64,000 bases of DNA from Perkinsela sp. CCAP 1560/9 (lineage: Eukaryota; Protista; Euglenozoa: Kinetoplastea): positions 3,968,001-4,032,000 of the forward strand of contig CBFFSA010000001.1 in NCBI GenBank assembly GCA_965644495.1, given 5' to 3'. Both the position numbers and the translations under genes were made by a program. Below the pieces are notes generated by a model, which worked only from the letters and a program-made list of their open reading frames with translations, searched no databases and was not told where the DNA came from. Shown piece after piece: positions 32,211 through 44,024 of the stretch (the first letter of the stretch is position 1; each line of letters opens with the position of its first letter).

Positions 32211-33074
32211 ATGTGCGCGCTATTATACTCAAATTTTACACTGATATTTTTGCTTGACTTCTGCTTGACTTTAAGAAAATCTTCTCGAGTTCGTGGGGCT
32301 CTACTGCCGCAGGAATACGATCTTTCTCGAGCCCTGCGCAACGTTCCTAATCTTCGAACCACGTGGACCACAGACAATTCTGCATGTAAGTGGATGGGGG
32401 TAAAATGTGATGCTGACCTACAGGTTATAGAAATCAAGTGGAGTTATATGGGCCTTGAGGGTACGGTTTCATGGCGAGATTTTCCTCGAACACTTCGAGT
32501 TCTTATCATGGGACAATCTGCAGCATGGTACAGGAATAGGCTCACAGGATCTCTATCGAGTCCTGATTTACCACCGTTACTCGCAATGTTTAACATCGAA
32601 TTCAACAATTTTAGCGGCGAAATAGCCCTAGAATATCTGCCAGCTAACCTTCTATCATTTGAAGTCGCACAAAATTCCTTTGAAGGCACAGCATCAATTC
32701 ATGCACTTCCTTTGACACTAATTAAGCTGGATCTTGATAAGAACCTTTTCTCAGGGCGGTTAAATTTAATGAATTTGCCTTCAAAATTCGAACGTCTTCT
32801 CATGTCGAACAATATGTTCAGTGGGAGTATCGTTCTGACGCATCTACCAAACACGATATTGTACGTTGATTTGTCAGACAACAATCTAAGCGGAGAAATT
32901 GATTTGTCCTCTCTCCCACCAGTACTCACTGATTTATCTTTACGTAACAATAACTTCTTCGGACACATAGACCTCTCTAATACGCCGGATTCTCTGTTAC
33001 GGGTAGATCTTCTTGGTAACAACATTACTTCTGTGACACCATACCCATTCCCCGACATTTTGCTTCTTCGCTAA
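32211..33074 (+). CDS. LRR protein, member 4
   Basis: SSRVRGALLPQEYDL leader, W....ACKWMGVKC cap; closest to member 1 (shared GNNITSV.P.PFP end); start uncertain. Confidence 0.9.
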   Translation: MCALLYSNFTLIFLLDFCLTLRKSSRVRGALLPQEYDLSRALRNVPNLRTTWTTDNSACKWMGVKCDADLQVIEIKWSYMGLEGTVSWRDFPRTLRVLIMGQSAAWYRNRLTGSLSSPDLPPLLAMFNIEFNNFSGEIALEYLPANLLSFEVAQNSFEGTASIHALPLTLIKLDLDKNLFSGRLNLMNLPSKFERLLMSNNMFSGSIVLTHLPNTILYVDLSDNNLSGEIDLSSLPPVLTDLSLRNNNFFGHIDLSNTPDSLLRVDLLGNNITSVTPYPFPDILLLR

Positions 33075-33417
33075 TTGGGGATACGGGCATTTAAATGCAA
33101 TCATTGCAATGCATTTGCATTCTTCCCATCTCCAACTCTTGTTTTGCTATTTGGCACAATATGATATTGTGCCCTCTTTCTTAGACACTGTTATTCACTC
33201 ACTAGGTTTTTTTTGAATCCATTTTTTGTAGAATCCATCACCGCCATAAAAATGAGAAATAGAGAAACACAGTACCAGCATATCTCTCTTTTGTTTAGAA
33301 AAACAGACATTTAGGTATTTTCTATAACCACAACCTCAGAACACATGAGAGAAAGAATATTACTACGTTGCACATTCATTCCTAAGATTTGCATTTCAGA
33401 GCAGTGAAACGACTTCA

Positions 33418-35380
33418 ATGCTAGTGTATCACTACATTTTTCTTTTACCTGTGATTCTTCTCTCGGAAAACCTCTATTGTGACTCGGCTGACCAGTACAG
33501 GCCATAAAAGTGATAGTGAAACACTTTTGCAAAATGTTTCCGAATACATCTCCCGGAGTGAAGATTTTCATGGAAAAAAGAACAACACTGTATCTTCTAC
33601 GCTGGAAGATCCTGCATTAGTGTCAAGAAAATTTGATAATAAATCTACGCTCAACACATTCGCTACTCATACGGGGCGTTCACACGGAAGCGAAGCTCGG
33701 GCTATACACCCTCCCAAAAGCAGCCGTGCTTCTTTGAGGACACACCACAGATTTCTACATGGTCAGGTTTCGCGATGTGCGCATAAAAATTGTGCCGTCG
33801 AGAAATCTGTTTTTGACGTACAGCGCAAAGAGCCGAAGGGCAGGACCGGAGGAGTCCATCTTTCTAAGCTACCACAATCCAAGAAGAAAAATGAATACGG
33901 TCGAGGTACCTTGACAAAACAAAGAGAACGGTGTCATGCATCACGTAAACCTTGTCCTTCTTTAAAAAACGGCTTTAGTTCAGGAGAAACTAAAAAGGTT
34001 GGTACGCGTCTTCAAGCGAGTGAAGTCTCTAGAAAATCAGACCGTGGTGCAAAATGTATGGTAAAAACAACGAAAAAGAAAACTAAGAAATATGTAAAAG
34101 TAGACAGTTCATTGAAGGGCAAGCCAGAGAGTGTCCGAGCACAATCGAACGGTGATTCTCAAAATTCTTTTCTAGTAAATGCGCTACCCGATTTACCATG
34201 GACACCAAGCCTTGCAAATATCTCACAAATGTTATCAGAGTATTTCAATTCTGGCTCGTATAATGAAAAAAGCATTAGTACTCTGGAGCCTGAAGACAGC
34301 GTAACTACCTTAATGAATCATCATACTGTCTTGCCTCAAGGGCACTTAAAGGGTGCCCCTGCTCAAAAAAAGACCATATTGTCTTTACATTTTCCTTCTG
34401 GCAGTTCTTTGGTTTCTGATGCAGGTCTGTCAAGTTCCTACAATGCAGAGGAATCTCTAGATCGACTTTTAGATCAACTCTCCGAACTCAAACCAGTGGA
34501 TAGCATCTCGTCTCTGGAAGAAGCCATGCAAGCTGATGGCTATCCAAGTTTGCCTGTCAATCGTAATGAACAGGTGGGTCGCAACGAAAGGCTAGACTCC
34601 AGAAATGACGACGCTACCCGTCCATCGGTCGTATCGCAACCCTTACGAAGAACGAAGAGTCCAGTTCTTCAAAATTCTGAACTAAGCTACGATAGCGTTT
34701 TATTGGATGTCAGAAATCCCTTCACAGGTTTTAATTTGCTTGAATCGCCATCTTTTTACACCTCAAGTTTGTCCAATTTAACGAGTCTAAGCAACGCGTG
34801 GCTTGAAGAGAATCCCTATGAAGGAAAATCGTATTCCGATTCCGAGTTTGATTTAGAATCTTATTCCGATGTTAACTTTCCGTTACATTCTACAGATCCT
34901 CTGTATTTTTCCGATAGGCCGAAGTCCCGTTCTTCTTTGCGAGGTGATGAAAAGGAAGCAGTCATTCTTACCACGCCGCGTAGTCCTGCAGGAATGAACA
35001 CAAATCCGGACTTTAGTCCAATACCATGGAGATGTAGTCATATAGAAAAAACGAATTCGACCTCATCGGTACGTGTTCCGTGGTCACTCTCTGGAACAAA
35101 ATCTTATTTTAACCCAAATTTTCAGAGCGAACAAAGTCCTTTATCACAAAGGCCTGCGAATGTGAGGCCTCATAAGTCAAATTCCGGCAGATTAGGTGTA
35201 GATTCTTCTGTCCTTGGTGATAAAGTTGTCAGTGGCTGTGCTGTTTCGGACCAGAGTGAGAAAGAGAGCAAACAGGAAAACAGTGGTACACGAGAAACTC
35301 CTATCTCATCGCTTTGGACCTATGTTGAGCGAATACTGGAATGTTTCACATTCCTTTTTTGTAGGTGCTTTCAGCGTTGA
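33418..35380 (+). CDS. Hypothetical disordered protein; probable frameshift after a hydrophobic leader
   Basis: 633-codon frame 33479-35380 has no early ATG; ATG 33418 gives MLVYHYIFLLPVILLSENLYCDS in another frame. Confidence 0.6.
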
Positions 35381-35582
35381 ATGCTCTTCTTAAGTAGATT
35401 AGAGCGTTTGTGCAGTATTACTTCGTGGATAGGTTTCGCCAATACAGATTGCTGAAATTTTGCTTTTGAGCAAAATCAAAGGCGGTCATTGTATGACCTA
35501 GTAGTAGAGCATAAAATTTTTTAGTTAGAGCCTCACTGAGTTGTATTCTTGTAGTTTCTATGCTTGCACATGTGATAAGCTA

Positions 35583-35677
35583 CTGGACCCCCCACTAGTT
35601 ATCTGTCACACCCCTACCCCTCTAGTTTCTGTCACCTTTTGACCAAAAGTAGTGACAGATAACTAAGGGAGGTACAG
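35583..35677. mobile_element. Short TA-flanked MITE
   Basis: TA|CTGGACCCCCCACTAGTTATCTGTCAC ... GTGACAGATAACTAAGGGAGGTACAG|TA; relative starts at 3753. Confidence 0.7.
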
Positions 35678-36069
35678 TATATTGAACGTGTTCTAACAAT
35701 TACCCCCCCAGTAATAGAATCAGTTTCGAGCCAAAATAGTTAAATCTCTGTTAGTGGGGGAATGTTTTTTTGTAGGAAAAGAGCTCTTTTACTCGTGAGT
35801 GCAATGATTTTCTGCCCAGCCAGGCCCGCAACTAAGCGATCCCCGCCCGCCCAATCACCCTCATCCTGTCCTCAATAACTTCTTTTCATTTCGCTTCATG
35901 AACTTTTCAAATGGACACTGCAAGTTTACCCTTTCTGTGGATGGCACAGGATGGAACGAAATGGCACAGGATGGCGCGGCGAGTCTAGTTTTAGGAATCT
36001 TCATCCTCCTAAGTAGCATTTTAAAATTGGAGTAAATTTTCGGATGCTCTTTTGTACTGTAGTTTTGCA

Positions 36070-36968
36070 TTGCGGTGGTTGTAAAACTACCGCTCTACAC
36101 TCGATTATTGAAAAAAAAGTGAACAAAAACAGTGAAAATATAAAGAGGAACACAGTAATATAATAGAAGAAAAAAATATAAAAGGGGGCTCCGGTGGTCC
36201 AAAACTGAAAATTTTTTTTGAAAAAAATGGGGGGTCCATGGGGGGGGTCCAGGGGGGGGGTCCAGGGGGGGGGGCATGGTCGAGCAAATTTTTTCGAAAA
36301 AATTAGTTTTCGAAAAAAAACCGCAGAAAGGGTAGCCGGGGTCTTGGCGCGCATTTTCCACCCCCCTACCCGGGGGTGACCCCCCCGCGTATCCGCAGGA
36401 CGGGTCCGCCAAGTTCGGAATTTTTCGGAAAAAATTTTTTGAAAAAAATTTCAACTTGGCGAAAAAAATGACAAAAAAAATATTTTTCCAAAATCGTTTC
36501 CCCTATTGTATTTTGATAGTTTGGGACCTACACTAGCTTTCTACGCAGTTGTTTTCGCAAGGTATCACTTCTTCGAACTGTGGTGCGCCCCTCAAAATGA
36601 CCCATTTTTGACTAAAAAAGGTGAAAAAGTATTTTTCGGACCTAAAGGGGCATTTTTGTGTCGAAAGAATGGTATGGTTGGAGTCGCATTCTCTACCCAA
36701 TACGTTCGGTAGGCTTTCATTCATGCCTGCGAGTGATTTCCCACGCGCAAATGTCGGATTTAGTGCTCTGAGAGCAAAAATATGCGAAAATGACCCCATT
36801 TTTACCCGAAATTCGGCTATTTTTGGCTATAATCTTTCCGTTTTCCAGGCTAAATTTTCTTTTTTAGGCTCTTCGTTAAACGCGGCTGTAGTTTTCAACG
36901 CGAAGCGCGCAGCATGAGTGACTTCTAAGTTGAAAGCAACCACCGCGTTTAACGAAGAGCCTAAAAAA
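36070..36968. mobile_element. Hairpin-ended A^T element, subfamily A, opposite orientation
   Basis: A|TTGCGGTGGTTG ... GAGCCTAAAAAA|T; reverse complement of 14104-15003. Confidence 0.93.
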
Positions 36969-37700
36969 TATTGTTTGATAATTCATAATTTGGAGGTGTA
37001 TTTACGTCACGAGTGGGGAGGTAAGTAAGCACAATCTTCCAGCTACCCTAATCTTCTCGTGCGAAAAAAGCGCGGTCGTAGTGATGATGAATTGAAGCAA
37101 ACTAACTTAGACCATTTCATTGTTTATGATAAGAATTGTACGGAAAGAACGGCTTCTTCAGATTCTCTTCACCTCACTATCCTCGAGTCATGAACTCATT
37201 AGAACTTATGGGAGAGAAGCAACGTACTATAAAAAACGTTAACCACCGCGTTTAATGGAGCGACTACAAACTTGTACTGATAGTTGTTACTGCTTATGAG
37301 TTCCTCCAATTCTGGTGCGCTTATGAGTTCCTTTTTCTAAGGCGAATGTTTTTGTACCCACTTTTCGCGAAGCGATCTTTTTATGCACAGAACCCAAATC
37401 CCAACGACCGTACGTCCCGCTGCTCTACAGACTCGCTCACTGAGCGGATAATCATTTTAGCGCCAGTATCATTGTCAAGGAGAACCCGCGGCTCTTCGCG
37501 CCGCGGGCCCGATTTTTCGCGTTTTTATGGCTCGAATTCTGGTCTGGTACGCTTATGAGTTCCTTTTTCTCAAAACCGGGGAACTCATAAGCAGGAGGGG
37601 TATAGTGCTTGGAACCACCCCGTCTTTTCTTGTAAATGGGTACCAAGATCCACATGAAGACGAGCGCCATAGGTGGTCATTGTGCCGAAAATCTTCGCTC

Positions 37701-37812
37701 TGGATGGTACAGGATGTCACGAAATGGCACAGGATAGCACCGAATGGCACAGGATGGCACAGGATGGCACAGGATACAGTAAAAGTCACATGATGGCACA
37801 GGATACAGTAAA
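37701..37812 (+). repeat. 10-bp ATGGCACAGG tandem repeats
   Basis: Visible; related array at 35939-35976. Confidence 0.8.
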
Positions 37813-38302
37813 AGTATTTTTCGGACCCCAAGGGGCCTTTTTGCGTCGAAAGAATGGTGTGGTTGGAGCCGTATTCTCTACCCAATACGTTTGGTAGGCT
37901 TTCTTTCCTGCCTACGAGTGATTTCCCACACGAAAATGTCGGATTTAGTGCTCTGAGAGCTAAAATACGCAAAACTGGCCCTATTTTTACCTAAAAATCG
38001 GCTATTTTTGGCTATAATCTTTCCGTTTTCTTCAGGTTTCCTGGCCAAATTTTCTTTTTTAGGCTCTTCTTTTTTTTCTTTCCACGATTTTCTAGGGAAT
38101 ATTCAGACATAGAGATGATAATTCGAAGATCGTAATTTCTTTTTTAGGCTCTTCGTTAAACGCGGTGGTAGTTTTCAACGAGAAGCGCGCAGCATGAGTG
38201 ACTTCTAAGTTGAAAACAACCACCGCGTTTAACGAAGAGCCTAAAAAAGAAATTACGATCTTCGAATTATCATCTCTATGTCTGAATATTCCCTAGAAAA
38301 TC
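37812..38302. mobile_element. Hairpin-element fragment followed by a 217-bp palindrome (38086-38302)
   Basis: Diverged internal fragment, then the family hairpin with 50 extra perfectly inverted bases on each side. Confidence 0.85.
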
Positions 38303-38832
38303 CTGGGCCGATAAGCAAGTACATCATTCGAAGCCCCCCTTTGCAAGTCGTATGAATTCTTTTCCAGTCTCAGCAACGGTACCCCATTCCACTGAAGGCA
38401 AACGAGACAACGCTAGGATAGGGGGAGAGTACTATTAGGTATAAAGAGGAAGTGCAGAAGCTGTATGGAACTTTTTTGGCCTTTCCCATTTTTGGTTCTC
38501 AAATGGAGTTGCACGTTGACATGGCCATTCAGAGACGCATTCTCATTTTTAAAATAGCTTTCTCATTTTTCCTAGTTGCACGTTGACAGCCCAATTCTCA
38601 TTTTTAGTGATTCTCAGAATTGTGACTTTTACTGTAACTGTATAGTGTTCAATGGACCATCGACGAGTTTAAACCCTCTTTTACTCATGGGTGCATTGAT
38701 TTTCTGTCCAATCAGACCACGAGCTCAGCCATACCCGTCCGCCCAACTATTCTCGCTCCCTCCGACTATCAACCCGTCCCCCATTTCTTGCACCTCCTGA
38801 TCCGGAAGATTAAATCTATTTCTAAAGTGTTA

Positions 38833-39258
38833 CAGTGCGCCCAGTTAGTAAAGTCCCAAAACACGGTTTTCCCAAATAGTAAAGTTTTTTTTAGTAGTTA
38901 CCTTTTTTTAGAGTTTTTCTCTTTTTCGAAGATTTTTGTGTAAAAGAAATTGATTTCATTTCATCTACTTTTTTTAAATTATGACAACGGACATTCGCAT
39001 ATAACTTGCGTTGAAAAGCGTTCCATTGAAAAGGACGAAAAACGACGAAAGCAGACGTTGTGCATGTCTCGAAAAGCGAAAACAAGGTTTGAAAATGCCT
39101 GAAAAACAGAGAAAGGTTTTCCCTGTGCTTCAACGACAATTGATTGACCATTTAGTAAAGTCCCAAAAAACGGTTTTCCCAAACAGTAAAGTTTTTTTTA
39201 GTAGTTACCCAAAGTCGGTGGTAACTACTAAAAAAAACTTTACTATCTGGGCGCACTG
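38833..39258. mobile_element. TA-flanked MITE present in only one copy of a duplicated segment
   Basis: TA|CAGTGCGCCCAG ... CTGGGCGCACTG|TA; the empty site AAAGTGTTAAGCCG is at 22531. Confidence 0.93.
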
Positions 39259-39421
39259 TAAGCCGAATAAAAATGCAAGTGATGTCGCCTACGTCTATGA
39301 ACTTATCCGTTACTCAAGGATTTTCGGGGTTTGTTTGAACACGCTATTTTTTCAAGTTTTTTATTTCGTGAGAAAGAGACAGCCGAAAACGCCCTTGGAT
39401 AAGATTAATCTTGCTTGTAAA

Positions 39422-40324
39422 ATGTTTCCCTGCTTTTATTTCATGCTCATCATGACGTTAACGCTTCACGTACATCTATCGGATACACAACAACCTTCAA
39501 TCAAACGTCAGCCAACCGATCCTAGTTCAGAGTTTCCTGTATCGATTATTCGTGCCAGTAAAGTAAACATGAATCTACCACAAGAATATGAACTCGCTCG
39601 ATTTATTGAAGATATGAAGAATCCTGACCCTTCATGGAACACATCAACGCCTGCGTGTGAGTGGAATTATGTACACTGTGATGATAGCCAACGTGTTACA
39701 AAACTTGATTGGAAATGGGTAAGAAAGACTCATAGATCCGCTCTGGTTGCTGCAGGAATACTAAGATGGGAATGGTTGCCTCGAACATTGCTTTCTTGTG
39801 ACGTATACCACAACCTGTTTACAGGTCCAGTATCGCTTGATGTGTTACCACCTCTCCTTATTTCGCTGAAGCTATCATGGAACAAGTTTACCGGTTCATT
39901 GGACTTTGTTCATTTGCCGCCCATGTTAGAAGAACTCTGGTTAAACAAGAACGAATTTGAAGGGCGTGTTGACTTGACACAACTGCCACAGAATTTACGT
40001 CATCTGGACTTCTCGGAGAACAACATTTCTGGTCATCTTCAGCTTTCTTGTCTACCGGACAAAATGCGATCTCTTAATTTGTCATCGAATCAATTTTCGG
40101 GATCTCTTTCTCTCCAACATTTGCCAGCCTCGCTTAGAGGTCTGGGCTGTTCCTCTAATTGCTTCTCGGGTTCAGTCAAGTTTGATTCTCTTCCGGCAGG
40201 AATGAAACTACTGTGTCTAGGGATGAATACAGATTTGTATGGTGAGATTGATGAGTCCCTTTTACCTAAGGAGCTGAAGACCTTGAATTTCCACAGTACA
40301 AAAATTGTGTATAAACGCGGATAG
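39422..40324 (+). CDS. LRR protein, member 5 (recent duplicate of member 2)
   Basis: Near-identical to 22701-23603; the longer ORF call from 39011 reads through a MITE. Confidence 0.9.
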   Translation: MFPCFYFMLIMTLTLHVHLSDTQQPSIKRQPTDPSSEFPVSIIRASKVNMNLPQEYELARFIEDMKNPDPSWNTSTPACEWNYVHCDDSQRVTKLDWKWVRKTHRSALVAAGILRWEWLPRTLLSCDVYHNLFTGPVSLDVLPPLLISLKLSWNKFTGSLDFVHLPPMLEELWLNKNEFEGRVDLTQLPQNLRHLDFSENNISGHLQLSCLPDKMRSLNLSSNQFSGSLSLQHLPASLRGLGCSSNCFSGSVKFDSLPAGMKLLCLGMNTDLYGEIDESLLPKELKTLNFHSTKIVYKRG

Positions 40325-40476
40325 CTTTCGTTCGTAACATGATCATCTTATCTCAATCCCCACCATCTTAGTTGGTGGGGATATGCGAATTCTGTAGGTC
40401 CCCAATCTTTTGTTCTTGTTTTGTATTTAAACAAATAACCGTTATTTTTTATAGCCTTAGTATTTTATTAGCCTTA

Positions 40477-41090
40477 CCGTATACCCCCCAGTAACAGAAT
40501 CGATTTTGTACCGAAATGGCCAAATCCTTGTTACTGGGGGGTATGCCTTGTTACTGGGTGGGGTTTGTTCATGAGCGCGTTGATTTTCAGCCCAGCCAAC
40601 CCCGCAACCACGCCATTCGCTCCCGCGCAACCGCCCTGACCCCGCCCAAACACCCCCTCCCCCTCCAACGACCCTCCCGAGCCAAATCTACGTTACTGGG
40701 GATCAGCTGAAGAATAGCCGAATCCTTGTTACTGGGGCGCGTCTACGGTTTGTCTGTTTGTCTGGCTTTTATATCCAACTAGGGACGTAGCCACCGGAGA
40801 AAGCCGGTACTTTTCCAATTGTACTGCCTTTGTGCTGTGTGAGCCATGCTATGTTTCCATAGACTTCATTTACTACGCTGACGAATCAGCGTAGCATTGC
40901 AGGCAATCACTTTATCAGCGGCAGGTAAAAAAGACTCCGAATGACACCCACCCTAGTTGTTTGATACCTTGGTATTCGATACGGCACTGTATTCGATACC
41001 GGGCGGTGTCACTCACGCATGGCCAGAAGGAGGACAGCAGGGAGGGCCGGCGAAGGGGGCGGCGACGGGTCTACGGTAGGGGGTATACGG
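40477..41090. mobile_element. TA-flanked MITE (TTACTGGGG family) with a 319-bp insert
   Basis: TA|CCGTATACCCCC ... GGGGGTATACGG|TA; family fragments near 4005-4217, 8315-8585, 24465-24539, 25415-25494, 35701-35865 and 38670-38785. Confidence 0.8.
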
Positions 41091-41325
41091 TAAGTACTTA
41101 ACCACACGCGAAGGATTTTTTCTGCTTATACTTCACGAAGCTGTCTGATCTTTGATAAAAACAAATACTCAAAAACGACCTTATTTCGCAAATTTTAGAA
41201 CACCAACTTTAGAACTTCTTTAAGAGCCATTATGTTTATGCAAGCTTCTTCCCTTGCTCTATCTAAACTTACATTTATTACCGTTATTCCCTTTTAAAAG
41301 TTTTTGCTGAACACGTTTTGTTTTC

Positions 41326-41943
41326 ATGACCACTCTGATCCCGTTCGTCTCCTCTTTCGATTCTCGCTCCAAGAAAAAGGCCAACCTTGCAAAGGTACAC
41401 GCCGCTAACCTCCCGATGGAAATACAGCTGGCCAACTTCATCCAAGACCTTGACAAGTCTAATCTCCCTCCTATTTGGCACTCCAAAACTCCGGCATGTG
41501 ACTGGCCCGGGATTCACTGCAATCCTCAAAAAGAGGTCATCGCAGTGATGTGGTATCTCCGTGACCTCCGCGGGATGTTAAGCTTTCGGCATTTACCTCC
41601 CACAACAAATCACGTGAACTTAAGCACCAATTCGCTCAGCGGGTCGGTCGACCTCTCTTGTCTTCCAGGAAAGATGACCCATCTGAATTTATCCTACAAC
41701 AAGTTCTCCGGTCCGATACACCTTGATGTACTCCCGCAGACGTTGACACATTTGCACCTAAACGATAATGATTTCAGTGGACGTGCAGAGTTTGACGCTC
41801 TTCCTCCGGGGCTTCAGCTTCTGGTGCTCTCGAAGAATAAGCAGCTTCGTGGTACAATTATTCGAACGCATCTTCCAAATACGCTTCAGGAAGTTCCAAT
41901 TATAGAAACGGAAATTCGAATGTTGGATAAACCTGTGTGCTAA
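41326..41943 (+). CDS. LRR protein, member 6
   Basis: LAKVHAANLPMEIQL leader, W...TPACDWPGIHC cap, LRRs. Confidence 0.9.
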   Translation: MTTLIPFVSSFDSRSKKKANLAKVHAANLPMEIQLANFIQDLDKSNLPPIWHSKTPACDWPGIHCNPQKEVIAVMWYLRDLRGMLSFRHLPPTTNHVNLSTNSLSGSVDLSCLPGKMTHLNLSYNKFSGPIHLDVLPQTLTHLHLNDNDFSGRAEFDALPPGLQLLVLSKNKQLRGTIIRTHLPNTLQEVPIIETEIRMLDKPVC

Positions 41944-42575
41944 TTAAATGAAAAGTTTCTTGAGTTGTTTGGTTATGTTTTGTTGTGTGTTTTACGTTTC
42001 GCGTATAGCATAATATGGTCTGAATATCTCGGGTAATATATTGAGCGGCCACTCAAAGAATATCAAAGAAATTTTCAACCAAAATATTTTATTTCTTACA
42101 AAAATGAAGTCTGTTGATGTATAAAGTGGGTGTGCACCAGTGTACAGTAAGTGCATTCACCAATGCAAACGAATATAAGGATTTATAAAACAATGAACAT
42201 TAGCTTTTCAAAAAGGCTTGAAATCGCTATCAATCTCATGCGATCAATCTTGTATAAGTCAGGCGGCTCTTAGACCATTTTTAGAGCTTCTAAGGGGTAT
42301 CGCCCCAAGGATCTTTTGATCTTTTTCCCGTTTTTGCTCATTTTTGTTGCAAACAAGAGATCTCGTTCCCCTAGCGAAGCATTTTGCATCTATTTTTTCA
42401 CCCTGAATTACACATTAGTTCGGGGCCAAAAAAATGGGATTTTCGGGCGACGTCTTTAGAACCAGGCCATATTCAAACATTTCTTGAAGCTTCACACTTT
42501 TTTTCATAAACAAATACAAGAACAAGCACCTTTTCTTTTCATCTCCCTACCTCTCCTCTACCTCCTCCCCACTCC

Positions 42576-44024
42576 ATGGTGCGTCCCACCCCCCCTACCC
42601 TCCTCTATCTCCTCTCCTGCACCCTTCTCCTCTCCCCCTCCTCCTCTTCCCCCGCCTTTTCCCCCCTCCCCTTTCTCACCACCGATATAGACCACGCAAC
42701 CCCCTCCTCCTCCTCCCCCACCCTCTCCACCTCCTCCCCTCACCGCAAGAAGCCTTCCTCTCTCCCCATCACCCCTCCTACCCCTTCGGAGGAACAGGAA
42801 GATCGGGAGCAGGAGAACCCACCCCTCACCCCTTCCATCCCCACCCTCTCGGATTTGCTACCCTCCCCTCCTCGTACCTCTCCTATTACCCCTCGGATTC
42901 ATCGAGGGGTACACACGAGAGAGAACCCCTTAACAGAGGGAAAAGGAGAAGAAAAAGAATCTAAAAAGAAGGTAACGGAAGGTAAAGAGAGGGTAGCTGA
43001 AGGTAAAGAGAGGGTAGCTGAAGGTAAAGAGAAGCTAGCTGAAGGTAAAGAGAAATCTGAAACCTTAACCCAAACCCACGGGTTCGTCTCTTCTTCTTCT
43101 TCAACCTCTTCCTCATCTTCCTCTTCCTCCTCATCATCGCCCTCCTCTACCCCCACCCCAACCATCCCCACAACCCAAGGGTCGCTCTCTTCCCCTTTTT
43201 CTTCTTCTTCTTCTTCTTCCTCTTCCCCCTCCCTGAGCCCCGATGCCAGTGTCATCCTCTCCGACGTTCTCCGCTCCCTTCACCGCTCCCCCCACCGGCC
43301 CTCCCACCCGCTCCCCTCACGTACCCTACGCGGTGAGTTGGATGCGCCAGCGGGGGAGGGGGAGGGGGAGGGGGAGGGGGGGGATGTGAACGACATGGGG
43401 GGGGAGTTCACCGACACGGTGGCCTCCCCGGGGAGGGAGGGGGAGGAAGAAGACGAAGAAGAAGGCGGAGGCGACCGTAAGAAATATCCAGAGGGGGAAG
43501 AGGAGGAGGAGTACGTAGAAGAAGATGGGGAGGAGGAGGAGGAGGAGGACTCCGAGGCGATGTTGAATGCGATGATGGATCAAACTTTTGCGGAGGTGAT
43601 TGGGTCGGGACCGTCTCCAAAGTCGGTGGATGCGTTTTTTGCGCATTCCGTGAGTGATGGGGAGGAGGAGGGGGGGAAGGGAGGGGGAGGTTTGTTGTTG
43701 GATTCGGATGCGGATTTGACACCGGACGAGGAGGAGGGGGGGGAGGGTTCGACGCATAGTGTTTTGGGGTCGATTTGTGCTGCGTTTTGGCGCTCTCCGG
43801 TGGGTCGTTTTTTGCGGTGCGTGGGCAGATGGATCTCTCGTATTTTTTGCTGTGGTGAGACGGAGTCAAGGATGGCGGAGAATGGGGAATCGGAAACGTG
43901 GGTTGCCGAGGATGTTGCGTCCGCGCCTCCTGCTGAGGCTCGTAGCTCATGGATACCTTCCTTTTTTCAAAGAAAGAAATCTCCCGAGAAACTTTCAGAG
44001 GAAGATTGGGTACTTATGGAATAA
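42576..44024 (+). CDS. Hypothetical low-complexity protein with hydrophobic leader
   Basis: LLYLLSCTLLL leader, EGKERVA heptad repeats, acidic tract, amphipathic segment ending IFCCG. Confidence 0.8.
   Translation: MVRPTPPTLLYLLSCTLLLSPSSSSPAFSPLPFLTTDIDHATPSSSSPTLSTSSPHRKKPSSLPITPPTPSEEQEDREQENPPLTPSIPTLSDLLPSPPRTSPITPRIHRGVHTRENPLTEGKGEEKESKKKVTEGKERVAEGKERVAEGKEKLAEGKEKSETLTQTHGFVSSSSSTSSSSSSSSSSSPSSTPTPTIPTTQGSLSSPFSSSSSSSSSPSLSPDASVILSDVLRSLHRSPHRPSHPLPSRTLRGELDAPAGEGEGEGEGGDVNDMGGEFTDTVASPGREGEEEDEEEGGGDRKKYPEGEEEEEYVEEDGEEEEEEDSEAMLNAMMDQTFAEVIGSGPSPKSVDAFFAHSVSDGEEEGGKGGGGLLLDSDADLTPDEEEGGEGSTHSVLGSICAAFWRSPVGRFLRCVGRWISRIFCCGETESRMAENGESETWVAEDVASAPPAEARSSWIPSFFQRKKSPEKLSEEDWVLME

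Noticed and set aside
39011-39421. N-terminal extension of LRR member 5
   Set aside because: Non-ATG start inside a MITE that is absent from the duplicate copy.
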